Source: an uncultured delta proteobacterium
GTDB lineage: Bacteria; Desulfobacterota; RBG-13-43-22
Assembly: GCA_963802945.1 (NCBI GenBank)
Contig: CAWDKY010000032.1
Span: forward strand, 43,444 to 107,443
Length of the DNA stretch: 64,000 bases
Reading direction: 5' to 3'
Part shown: positions 1-8,780 of the stretch, one piece after another
How positions within the stretch are numbered: position 1 is the stretch's first letter
How the letters are laid out: each line of letters begins with the position of its first letter
Made by a program: the position numbers and the translations under genes
The notes under the pieces: model-generated
Seen by the model: the letters and a program-made list of their open reading frames with translations, nothing else
What the model was told of the DNA's origin: nothing
Database searches by the model: none

Positions 1-318
1 ATAAACTCCTTTTGCCTAAGGCTTCTTTCTGTGACACTTCTAAAAAATTTTAATAATGGCTTAATGCGCTTCAATGTCCTGACTTTCTTTTAAGCTTAAA
101 ACCCGATTCCCCTCCCATTTAATCTCTTTAACCCCCTTCATTAAGTTGCACCAAATTAATGGATGGGTTAGAGACTCAAACTTGATTTCTTTCTCTTTGA
201 AATTTTCCCCACATCAAGAAGATCAAATACGGCAAGGATAAAACGACGAGGGAAATGATTCATTTAAAAAAGAAGTCAGCGTCGGTTAATAATCATTCTT
301 CAATCGTTCCTGGTTATT

Positions 319-1302
319 TTAAATCATCCACTCCCTGAATACCTCTTTAGACAACTTAGCAACCTTGATCTGCCACCTTCGATCCCCTTGTCCCAATTGG
401 ACCGGAACAACCTGGTCTCCCGGTGCATCACTATAGGTCAGGCAGAGGTGGGCAAACCTTTCCCAGTCTTCCGGCTTATTCGGGCGGCCCAGGGCAAGGG
501 CCATTGGGCCCGGGTGCCCGATCACCCGGGCCCAGACGTCTTCCGGATCAGCCCATTTTTCAATAAATTCGTTTTCTTTTTTGTTTCTGCCGACAACAGC
601 TTTGAACTCCGGGCTTAAACGAAAATGACGACCGGCTTTCAGCAACTCCACTTCTCTTAAGGGAGGGTCCGGGGAGTGGGAAAATAGTTCTTTTAATCGC
701 CCGGAAAAAATGGGATCGGTTAGCAGACATCCTCCAGCCGGAGCAGGATATGTGAGTCCATAGCCTTCGGCCATAGCCATCTGCCGTTTTCGAGACCGGC
801 CTTGGATATCCAAAAGCCGAAAGCGGTCCACCAGACCTTCCTGTTCAGGTCTTGTTTCCGATAGCAGGAGGGCACTCAAGGGTCGAAGGATACGGTTAAG
901 ATGGCCGGAGGCCTTTTCAACGGCCCGCAGCGACGTTTTGGTTTGAGAAAACGGCCTTTGCCCCAGGACCTCTCCAGTAAAAAGAAAATCGGCTCGGACC
1001 TTTTCCATCCACTCCCCGGCCTTACGAATCATAAGGGCGTGACAATCAATACAGGGATTCATCCCTTTGCCGTAACCGTATCTGGGAGACTTCAGCATCA
1101 CCCAATGGTCCTGGGTGATATCCAGGACCGTTAAGGGGATATTCAATTGCTCCGCAGCCCGCCGGGCCTTTTCTTCCCCGAAAAAAGGAGTGACCAAGGC
1201 GACCCCCAAAACCTGAATCCCCTGGTCGGATAGAATTCGGGCGGCCAGCATACTGTCCAGGCCGCCTGAGAGCAAGCCGACTGCCTTAATAGGATGTTTC
1301 AT
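319..1302 (-). CDS. PP-loop (adenine nucleotide alpha-hydrolase) ATPase, MnmA/ThiI-like tRNA thiolation-type enzyme
   Basis: ORF 319..1311. SGGLDS PP-loop motif lies directly after the start, and a CIDCH cysteine motif is present. ATG at 1302 is preferred over the TTG at 1311. Confidence 0.7.
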   Translation of the reverse strand: MKHPIKAVGLLSGGLDSMLAARILSDQGIQVLGVALVTPFFGEEKARRAAEQLNIPLTVLDITQDHWVMLKSPRYGYGKGMNPCIDCHALMIRKAGEWMEKVRADFLFTGEVLGQRPFSQTKTSLRAVEKASGHLNRILRPLSALLLSETRPEQEGLVDRFRLLDIQGRSRKRQMAMAEGYGLTYPAPAGGCLLTDPIFSGRLKELFSHSPDPPLREVELLKAGRHFRLSPEFKAVVGRNKKENEFIEKWADPEDVWARVIGHPGPMALALGRPNKPEDWERFAHLCLTYSDAPGDQVVPVQLGQGDRRWQIKVAKLSKEVFREWMI

Positions 1303-1391
1303 GAATTCCAAAAGCTTTTATTAGAATGAATCGACTTTGAGCGTTCGTCGTTCAGCCTATTTTTAGAAAAATCGTCTTAGAGCTGTTTAAA

Positions 1392-1420
1392 AGTATAGCC
1401 GAGGCAGAAGGTTAGGTCAA
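1392..1420 (-). promoter_or_regulatory. sigma70-like promoter, TTGACC-N17-TATACT on the minus strand
   Basis: ggtcaa at 1415-1420 and agtata at 1392-1397 on the plus strand, with a 17-nt spacer. Lies about 90 nt upstream of the PP-loop ATPase start. Confidence 0.45.
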
Positions 1421-1462
1421 GAACTCCCTGGGGCTTTTCATTAAATGGTTCAGAATAAAACC

Positions 1463-1491
1463 TTGACATGCACAGATTTTTATATTATAAT
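1463..1491 (+). promoter_or_regulatory. consensus sigma70 promoter TTGACA-N17-TATAAT for vapBC
   Basis: TTGACA at 1463-1468, 17-nt spacer, TATAAT at 1486-1491. Followed by an AGGAGGA ribosome-binding site and the ATG at 1525. Confidence 0.6.
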
Positions 1492-1524
1492 TGTTCACAA
1501 ACAATACACAACCAGGAGGAAGAA

Positions 1525-1722
1525 ATGCGTTCAACGGTAACCTTGGATAAAGCCAGACTGGATAGGCTTCTGGAAGAAACCCATTGCCGGAGCAAGGCCT
1601 CGGCGGTTTCCCTGGCCATCGACTCGTATCTTAAGCAGAAAAAAATTGAAAAGATAAAATCCATGAAAGGTAAATTAGAATTCGCCCTGAGGGCCGAGGA
1701 GATCAGACATCGTGAAAGATAA
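1525..1722 (+). CDS. vapB: type II antitoxin, VapB-like
   Basis: 65-aa ORF from ATG 1525 with an AGGAGGA site 6 nt upstream. It overlaps the downstream PIN gene by 11 nt. The track start at 1468 lies inside the promoter. Confidence 0.7.
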   Translation: MRSTVTLDKARLDRLLEETHCRSKASAVSLAIDSYLKQKKIEKIKSMKGKLEFALRAEEIRHRER

Positions 1723-2116
1723 AAGGGTCATCATTGATACTTCGGTTTGGATTGCCTATTTTAAAGAAAACAACCGGCTGCTGGCCGAAAAGGTGGACCG
1801 GGTTTTGAGGGATTGGGAGGTCTTGGTCCCCAGAGTCGTCATGGCCGAATTAATACAAGGCGCCAAATCAGAAAAGGAAACCTCGGTCATTGCCGAGTTT
1901 ATTGATGCCTTTAAGATTATCGAGCAGACTAAAGATACCTGGCTGGAGGCCGGTCGACTTTCCTATGCCCTGAGAAAGAAAGGGATAATCATCCATCTCC
2001 TGGATTGTTATATCACTATCCTGGCTATGGAAAACCAGTGCCGGATTTTCAGCCTGGATGAACATTTTATTCTTATTAACAAGCTTAACAAACTCAAACT
2101 GATTGCCCAAATTTAA
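1712..2116 (+). CDS. vapC: PIN-domain ribonuclease toxin VapC
   Basis: N-terminus VIIDTSVWIAY carries the first acidic PIN residue. Size is 134 aa, and the GTG start overlaps the antitoxin gene. Confidence 0.85.
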   Translation: MKDKRVIIDTSVWIAYFKENNRLLAEKVDRVLRDWEVLVPRVVMAELIQGAKSEKETSVIAEFIDAFKIIEQTKDTWLEAGRLSYALRKKGIIIHLLDCYITILAMENQCRIFSLDEHFILINKLNKLKLIAQI

Positions 2117-2153
2117 TTCGACTGAAGGAAAAAAGCCCACAGGATGGCAAACG

Positions 2154-5100
2154 ATGAATAAAAAAGCCAAAACCAAGAAGGAACCCCTGGATGAAATGAC
2201 TGTCCTGCAGCAGGAGTTGGCAAAATTTAAATCCGCAAATGTCGCCCTTAAGAAAGGCAGGAAGACCCTGGAAAAAAGGGAGAAGTTCACATCCGGTATT
2301 TTTTCCAGCATCCTGGAAGGGATCAGTGTCACAGATAAAGAGATGAACATCCTTTTTGTCAACCCCACCATGGAACGATGGTTTCCTGATGTCCGGCCCC
2401 TGATCGGCAAAAAATGTTATCAGGCTTATCATGGAAGGGATCAGGTCTGTGAGGATTGTCCCTGTCGTCAAACTCTTCAGACCGGCCAGGACGCTAATGC
2501 GGTCATTCCCCGTCTGGATGCCAAGGGAGATATCTTCGGATGGTACCATCACTTCAGTTTCCCCATGCTGGATCCGAAGACAGGACGGGTTATCGGCGTT
2601 ATCGAGTACATCCGTAACGTGACCAGACGGAAACAGGCCGAGGACACCCTAAAGGCCTCGGAAGAGAAGTATCACTCCATTCTTGAAAATCTTGCCGACG
2701 GGTATTATGAAGTCGATTTGGCCGGCAACCTCACCTTTTTCAACAATGAATTGGTTAAGATCTATGGTTATCCCAGAGAATCCATGCTGGGGATAAACAA
2801 TCGCGTCTATACCGATGAAGAGAATGCCAAAAAGATGTATCAGGCCTTTAATCGGGTGTATCGCACCGGAGAATTGGCTAGAGGCGTCCAGATTGAAATT
2901 ATTACCGCAAAAAAGATCAGGAAAAATATGGAGTTTTCCATAGCTTTGATCAGGGATCCTCTTGGAAATCTGGTTGGCTTCCAGGGCATTGCCAGGGACA
3001 TTACCGACCTTATGCAGACCCAGAAAGAGTTAAAGGAGAGCGAGGAGCGATACCGGACCATTATTGAAACCATTGAAGACGGATATTATGAGGTGGACCT
3101 GAACGGCCATCTGACCTTTTTTAACGATGCCATGACGCGGATCAACGGCTATTCCAGGGAAGAAATGATGGGGATGCACGCCCGTGATTATACCGACGCC
3201 GAAAATAACAAGCTGTTGGATCGTGAATTTAGACAGGTTTATCGTACCCGAACACCTTCCAAGGGTATCCATTACGAAGTAATCACCAAAAACGGTGAAA
3301 AGAAAAACGTAGAGACTTCCATATCCTTGATCAGGGATCCTTCAGATAAACCCATTGGCTTCCGGGGCATTGCTCGAGACGTTTCCGAATTTACTAAAAT
3401 CCAGCAAGCGTTAAAGGAGAGCGAGGAGCGATACCGGACTATTATTGAAACCATTGAAGACGCTTTTTATGAAGTGGATCTGTCCGGAAACTTCACCTAT
3501 TACAACGATGCTATGATCCGAATGTTAGAATATCCTAAGGATGAACTGTTGGGGATGAATTACCGGCAATATGCCAATACCGAAAACGCCAAAATATTAT
3601 TTCAGGCCTTTAATCAGGTGTATCGCACTGGAGAACCTGCCAATGGGGTCATTTACGATGCGGTTACCAAGAATGGCAAAGGGAAAACCATTTCGACTTC
3701 CGTATCGCTGATCAGGAATCCATTAGGCAACCCGGTCGGGTTTCGGGGCATCTCCAAGGATATCACCGATCTCATACAGATCCAGACCGCTTTAAAGGAG
3801 AGCGAAGAAAGATACCGGACCATTATTGAAACCATTGAAGACGGCTATTATGAGACGGACCTGGCCGGCAACCTGACCTATTTCAATGACAGCATGTTTC
3901 GGATACATGAATATTCAAGAGAAGAACTAATGGGTATGAATAATCGGCAATATACCGATGCCGAAAATGCCAAAATTCTGTTTAAAGCCTTTAACCGGGT
4001 CTATCGAACCGGGGAACCTTCCACGGGCACCTATTATGATATTATGACCAAAGATGGTAAAAAGAAAAATTTGGAGGCCTCGGTATCGTTGATCAAAGAC
4101 CCTTCAGGTAAACCTATCGGTTTCCGGGGCATCGCCCGGGATGTAAGCGAACTTAGAAAGACAGAGAAGGCCCTACAAACCAGCGAAGAGCGTTTTCGTA
4201 TGGCCGCTGAAAGTTCCAATGATTTTATTTATGAATGGGATCTCCAATCAGGTCGAATTGATTGGTCCGGCACTGCCGGTATGAAACTTGGACATGTTTT
4301 AGGTGAACTTCCAGTCACCGCTGTTGACTTTGATAGACTGATTCATCCAGAGGACCATGAACGTTTCTCAGAAGCCGTTATAAACCATTTGAGGCACGGG
4401 AAGCCTTACATGGAAGAATACCGGATGATCAGGAAAGACGGGAATATCATCCACATGAGCGCTGCCGGAATGTGTCTGCGGAATGAAGCCGGAAGGGCTT
4501 ACAAATGGATCGGGGCCTTAAGCGACATTACCGAACGTAAAAGAGCCGAAGAAGAACTCAAAGATAGTTTAGACAAGCTGCACAAGGCCATGGGGGGGAT
4601 CATCCAGGCCATGGCCTTAACGGTAGAAAGCAAGGACCCTTACACCGCCGGGCATCAACAACGGGTCTCCAAACTGGCGCGGACTATCGCCCAGGAAATG
4701 GGCCTGTCTAAGGACCAGATTGAGGCTATCCGTATGGCCGGCGTAGTCCATGATCTGGGCAAGATATCAGTGCCGGCCGAAATCTTAAGTAAGCCGACCA
4801 AACTTTCTGATATCGAATTCAGCCTGATCAAAGGTCACTCGCAAACGAGTTATGATATCCTGAAGGATATAGAGTTCCCCTGGCCTATTGCCGAGATCAC
4901 CCTCCAGCACCACGAACGGCTGGATGGTTCCGGGTATCCTTCGGGTCTCAAAGGGGATCAAATTATGCTCGAGGCCCAAGTCCTGATGGTGGCTGATGTG
5001 GTCGAGGCCATTGCCTCCCATCGGCCTTACCGGCCGGCCCTGGGGGTTGAGGTAGCCCTGGATGAGATTTCAAAAAACAAAGGGAAATTATACAACCCGG

Positions 5101-5156
5101 CTGCGGTTGAAGCCTGTGTAAGGATTTTCAAGGAAAAGGGATACTCTTTCAATTAA
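2154..5156 (+). CDS. multi-PAS sensor protein with C-terminal HD-GYP domain (putative c-di-GMP phosphodiesterase)
   Basis: ORF 2103..5156. At least six PAS-like modules are followed by HDLGK and HHERLDGSGYP motifs. ATG 2154 is preferred over TTG 2103. Confidence 0.9.
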   Translation: MNKKAKTKKEPLDEMTVLQQELAKFKSANVALKKGRKTLEKREKFTSGIFSSILEGISVTDKEMNILFVNPTMERWFPDVRPLIGKKCYQAYHGRDQVCEDCPCRQTLQTGQDANAVIPRLDAKGDIFGWYHHFSFPMLDPKTGRVIGVIEYIRNVTRRKQAEDTLKASEEKYHSILENLADGYYEVDLAGNLTFFNNELVKIYGYPRESMLGINNRVYTDEENAKKMYQAFNRVYRTGELARGVQIEIITAKKIRKNMEFSIALIRDPLGNLVGFQGIARDITDLMQTQKELKESEERYRTIIETIEDGYYEVDLNGHLTFFNDAMTRINGYSREEMMGMHARDYTDAENNKLLDREFRQVYRTRTPSKGIHYEVITKNGEKKNVETSISLIRDPSDKPIGFRGIARDVSEFTKIQQALKESEERYRTIIETIEDAFYEVDLSGNFTYYNDAMIRMLEYPKDELLGMNYRQYANTENAKILFQAFNQVYRTGEPANGVIYDAVTKNGKGKTISTSVSLIRNPLGNPVGFRGISKDITDLIQIQTALKESEERYRTIIETIEDGYYETDLAGNLTYFNDSMFRIHEYSREELMGMNNRQYTDAENAKILFKAFNRVYRTGEPSTGTYYDIMTKDGKKKNLEASVSLIKDPSGKPIGFRGIARDVSELRKTEKALQTSEERFRMAAESSNDFIYEWDLQSGRIDWSGTAGMKLGHVLGELPVTAVDFDRLIHPEDHERFSEAVINHLRHGKPYMEEYRMIRKDGNIIHMSAAGMCLRNEAGRAYKWIGALSDITERKRAEEELKDSLDKLHKAMGGIIQAMALTVESKDPYTAGHQQRVSKLARTIAQEMGLSKDQIEAIRMAGVVHDLGKISVPAEILSKPTKLSDIEFSLIKGHSQTSYDILKDIEFPWPIAEITLQHHERLDGSGYPSGLKGDQIMLEAQVLMVADVVEAIASHRPYRPALGVEVALDEISKNKGKLYNPAAVEACVRIFKEKGYSFN
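2649..4172 (+). repeat. four in-register tandem 381-nt (127-aa) PAS modules inside the HD-GYP gene
   Basis: The unit start LK(A/E)SEE(K/R)Y..I.E...DGYYE recurs at 2649, 3030, 3411 and 3792, and the next divergent PAS starts at 4173. Antisense ORFs 2840-3073, 3272-3454, 3653-3835 and 4034-4219 echo the same period. Confidence 0.9.
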
Positions 5157-5193
5157 TTCCTTTTTACGGCCACAGACCCAAGCCCCTTTCTAT

Positions 5194-6051
5194 CTATCTG
5201 GGAACCAATCGGATCTCGAACACTTTCGGCCAATATTTTCCGGTTACAAAAATCCGGTTTTCCTGGGCATCATAGGCGATGCCGTTTAAAACATCCACGC
5301 CTTGAGCACGATCTGTTGCGGGCAATAACCCTTGCAGATCGATCCAGCCGGTTACCCGGCCGGTCTTGGGTGAAATCCTGACGATCCGATCGGTCAGATA
5401 AACATTGGCGTAAATTTTCCCTTGGATATATTCCAGCTCATTGAGCAGGGTTACGGGAAGGCCCCGGTCGTGGACTTGAATCCGTTTGACTTCCTTGAAG
5501 TTGTCAGGGTCCAGAAAATGCAAGAACGACGTACCGTCGCTCATGATCAAATATTTTCCGTCTTGGGTGATCCCCCAGCCTTCCGTGGGGTAGGTAAATT
5601 TCCTAAGCAATTGAAACGTCCCCCGGTCATAAACAAAACCCGTTCTCGTTTTCCAGGTCAGTTGAATAATTTTGTTTTGCCATAAGGTTATCCCTTCACC
5701 GAAAAATTGATAGGGTAATTGGTAAAGTTTTACTGTTTGTCCGGTCTCCAGCTTGACTTTCCGCAAAGACGATTTCCCCAAAAGGCCCGTTCCTTCATAA
5801 AGAAATCCTTGGTGAAATACCAGCCCCTGGGTAAAGGCTTTGGGGTCGTGCGGAAAGACACGGACAACCTTGAAACCGAAAACCGGCGTGGGTGATCCTG
5901 AACCTTCGGCCTTTTGTTGAAGAGAAAAGAGGGAACCTATCAGAATAAAAAAAAGTATTAATCCAAAAACAAAAACTCTCAGCCTTAAGCTTTGAGCTTT
6001 TAGCCTCCGGCTTTTAGCTTTAAAACTTTCGCCTCGTCCCTTAGGTCTCAT
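5194..6051 (-). CDS. glutaminyl-peptide cyclotransferase (bacterial/plant beta-propeller type) with N-terminal membrane anchor
   Basis: FPHDPKAFTQGL and LYEGTGLLGKSSLRKV motifs, with a hydrophobic segment near the N-terminus. The first about 25 codons are encoded by a heptamer repeat. Confidence 0.85.
   Translation of the reverse strand: MRPKGRGESFKAKSRRLKAQSLRLRVFVFGLILFFILIGSLFSLQQKAEGSGSPTPVFGFKVVRVFPHDPKAFTQGLVFHQGFLYEGTGLLGKSSLRKVKLETGQTVKLYQLPYQFFGEGITLWQNKIIQLTWKTRTGFVYDRGTFQLLRKFTYPTEGWGITQDGKYLIMSDGTSFLHFLDPDNFKEVKRIQVHDRGLPVTLLNELEYIQGKIYANVYLTDRIVRISPKTGRVTGWIDLQGLLPATDRAQGVDVLNGIAYDAQENRIFVTGKYWPKVFEIRLVPR
5981..6022. repeat. heptamer-periodic simple repeat (AGCCTTA AGCTTTG AGCTTTT AGCCTCC GGCTTTT AGCTTTA)
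   Basis: Six consecutive 7-nt units read directly from the sequence. They lie within the 5' end of the cyclase ORF. Confidence 0.75.
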
Positions 6052-6177
6052 GCCTCGTTCCTCTTATGAGTTTTCCAAACCACTACCTTTTAACTTATCA
6101 AAAATTTAACTAAATGTCATTCCTTAGATGTTTGGTTAAAAAAAGCGAGCAATTATAAAAGAAATGGTATAAACATA

Positions 6178-6211
6178 TTGACAAGGAGAAATTAATGGTA
6201 ATTATTATTAA
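6178..6211 (+). promoter_or_regulatory. rubrerythrin promoter (TTGACA-N17-ATTATT) overlapped by a 20-bp Fur/PerR-like palindrome
   Basis: TTGACA at 6178-6183. TTAATGGTAATTATTATTAA at 6192-6211 matches its own reverse complement at 16 of 20 positions. Confidence 0.4.
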
Positions 6212-6231
6212 AATCAAGATAAGGAGGGCCT

Positions 6232-6726
6232 ATGACTAAAACCGAACAAAATTTACAAGAAGCCTTTGCCGGCGAATCCCAGGCCAACCGTAAATATCTG
6301 GCCTTTGCCAAACAGGCCGATCAGGAGGGTTACCCCCAGGCGGCCGAACTGTTCCGGGCTGCGGCCGAAGCAGAAACGGTTCATGCCCATGCCCATTTGC
6401 GCGCCTTGGGAGGGATCAGGAAGACAGCGGAAAACTTGAAGGAGGCCATCTCGGGGGAGACCCATGAATTTAAAAAGATGTACCCGGGTATGATTGAGAC
6501 CGCCAAGCAAGAAGGCCATAAAGCGGCTGAAAGAAGTTTTTCCTATGCCAATGCCGTTGAAGAAGTCCATGCCAATCTCTACCAAAAGGTCCTTGACAAC
6601 CTGGAAAACAAGAAACCGGTCGATTATTATGTCTGTTCGGTGTGCGGGTATACTTGTGAAAATGGACCTCCGGAAACCTGCCCGGTTTGCGGCTCCAAGG
6701 CCAAGGCCTTTTCTAAAGTTGATTAA
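6232..6726 (+). CDS. rbr: rubrerythrin
   Basis: Ferritin-like EAFAGESQANRKY N-terminal domain plus a C-terminal CxxC...CxxC rubredoxin-like motif (CSVCGY...CPVCG). A GGAGGG ribosome-binding site is present. Confidence 0.95.
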   Translation: MTKTEQNLQEAFAGESQANRKYLAFAKQADQEGYPQAAELFRAAAEAETVHAHAHLRALGGIRKTAENLKEAISGETHEFKKMYPGMIETAKQEGHKAAERSFSYANAVEEVHANLYQKVLDNLENKKPVDYYVCSVCGYTCENGPPETCPVCGSKAKAFSKVD

Positions 6727-6767
6727 ATTTATTCATTGAAGCAGGGCAAAGGAATCCTTTCGAATTT

Positions 6768-7862
6768 ATGCGACAACAACTGATCATCTTCCTTTCCATT
6801 GCCCTGCTGATTTATTTTGGGCTCCATAGCCTCCTTTTTTCTCTCTTCATAAAATTTTTCAATCCCAGGAGGGCTACTCAATTTGAATTGGCCTTCCTTC
6901 TCTTGTTTCTGGCTTTATGTTTCATTACGGCCTTTATCTGGGCCCAATTCAGCAGTCATAGCTTTATCCGGTGGTTCTATTATTTTTCGGCCATCTGGTT
7001 TGGTGTTCTGATTAATCTATTGCTCATTTTCGCTGCCGGACTTTTGGTGATGACTATCCTTCAATGGCTTTCCTTGAGTATAAACCAACGAGCCTTCGGC
7101 GTCTTTCTGTTGGTTCTAACGGCTCTATATACCTCCTATGGTCTTTATCACGCCACTCAGTTAAAAACAAAACTCCTATCCATCCCCATTAAAAATTGCC
7201 CCAGGGAATGGCGAGGCAAAAAAATCGCCCAGCTATCGGACCTCCATCTGGGCATTATAAACGGAGAAGGATTAACTCGAAAAATCCTTTCAAAAATAAT
7301 TGAACAGAAGGCTGACTTCGTTTTTATTACCGGTGATCTTTTCGACGGCACAGGAGACGATCTCTATCAGTCCATTGAACCTTTAACTCAATTAAAAGTT
7401 CCGATTTATTATATCACCGGCAATCATGAAACCTACTTGGGTATCGATAAGGCCGTATCGGCTATTGGAAAAACAAAAATTAAATTATTGCGCGACGAGA
7501 TCGTTGACCTTGGCGGGATTCAGTTGATCGGTATCGATTACCCCCCGAGAGGATGGAGAAAAGATATTACACCCATTTTGGAGAAAATCGACCAAACTAA
7601 ACCCAGCATCCTCCTCTATCATGAGCCTGCCCAGGTTGAAACGGCCCAACGATTCAATGTCTCTTTGCAGCTTTCAGGTCATACCCATAACGGACAGATG
7701 TGGCCCATGAAAATCTTCACACATTTCATCTATAAGGGATTGGATTACGGGTTTCATCAAACAGGAGATTATTGCCTTTACACCAGCAGCGGGGCCGGCA
7801 CCTGGGGTCCGCCCATGCGCATAGGCAGCACCCCGGAAATCGTCATCATAACCGTTAAATAG
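6768..7862 (+). CDS. membrane-anchored metallophosphoesterase (YkuE-like)
   Basis: Four N-terminal hydrophobic helices, then DLHLG, GDLFDG, GNHE and GHTHNGQ motifs. Confidence 0.85.
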   Translation: MRQQLIIFLSIALLIYFGLHSLLFSLFIKFFNPRRATQFELAFLLLFLALCFITAFIWAQFSSHSFIRWFYYFSAIWFGVLINLLLIFAAGLLVMTILQWLSLSINQRAFGVFLLVLTALYTSYGLYHATQLKTKLLSIPIKNCPREWRGKKIAQLSDLHLGIINGEGLTRKILSKIIEQKADFVFITGDLFDGTGDDLYQSIEPLTQLKVPIYYITGNHETYLGIDKAVSAIGKTKIKLLRDEIVDLGGIQLIGIDYPPRGWRKDITPILEKIDQTKPSILLYHEPAQVETAQRFNVSLQLSGHTHNGQMWPMKIFTHFIYKGLDYGFHQTGDYCLYTSSGAGTWGPPMRIGSTPEIVIITVK

Positions 7863-7918
7863 GGGACTGTTTTCGTTGAAACCGGAGTCGGAAAAAGTTC
7901 GTCCTTGGAACAAAGACC

Positions 7919-8362
7919 TCACGAATCCCAGAGGATCTTCGGGGAGCGACTCGCCTTCACCCGGCTTCGTCTCTTTTTTTCAGCAATCCTTTCCTCCTGG
8001 ACTCTGCGGGAAAGCCGGGTCTTTTTTCTGAACCGGGGTTTGGTTAAGGCCTGCTCTATCAGTTCAACAAAACGCTGTAAGGCCAGTTCCCGATTGCCGA
8101 CCTGACTGCGGGTTTGTTGGGCGTTGACCCAAAGGATCCCCGCTTTATTAATACGGGTGGGGAGCTTTTTAAGGAGCTGCTGTTTTTCTTCTGCTGAAAG
8201 GGAAGGCGACTTGAGGACATCGAACCAGAGGGTGATGCGGGTACTGACCTTGTTGACGTTCTGTCCCCCGGCTCCACTGCTTCGGGAGGCGGTAAAATAA
8301 AGTTCCCCTTCGAGAATAAAAAGCCGGTCGGTAATTTTAATGCCCCGTTGTTCTGATCCCAT
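7919..8362 (-). CDS. arfB: alternative ribosome-rescue factor ArfB (peptidyl-tRNA hydrolase, GGQ class)
   Basis: SSGAGGQNVNKVST GGQ motif and a basic C-terminal tail, in a 147-aa protein. Confidence 0.85.
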   Translation of the reverse strand: MGSEQRGIKITDRLFILEGELYFTASRSSGAGGQNVNKVSTRITLWFDVLKSPSLSAEEKQQLLKKLPTRINKAGILWVNAQQTRSQVGNRELALQRFVELIEQALTKPRFRKKTRLSRRVQEERIAEKKRRSRVKASRSPKILWDS

Positions 8363-8780
8363 CCTATTTTCTTATCCTTACGTCCGAAACGGCTCGGATT
8401 ATCCTTAAAGCCGTTGGAACTTTTTGGTTTTTGGGCGCTTGTTACAGGATAGAGCGATTTTCCTGAAAAGCCAATATATCACTGCATCTTATCCGCTTCA
8501 ACTATATAAAAAGCCAATATATTGAAAATATTTTTTGACAAAACTCTTCATAATTGATTAAAAATATAAAATAAATTTAACAGGGCCATAGGGTTTGGGG
8601 ATTTCAGGAAGTTTTTGGTTTCAGGAAGGCGCCATTCGAATTCGGGGCCGGGGCCGAATCCCGCTGCGGTCTCTTGGTCTGGCCATGGTCGGGGGGGCTG
8701 GTGTTTTCCCAGCTTTTGACCCTCTATATCACACCGGTCTTTTTTGTCTACATGGAGTCCTTTCATAAAAAATTAAGACA

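Noticed and set aside
8548-8766. 72-aa minus-strand ORF in the arfB-budA intergenic region
   Set aside because: It has no ribosome-binding site, runs through the predicted budA promoter and leader, and shows no family resemblance.
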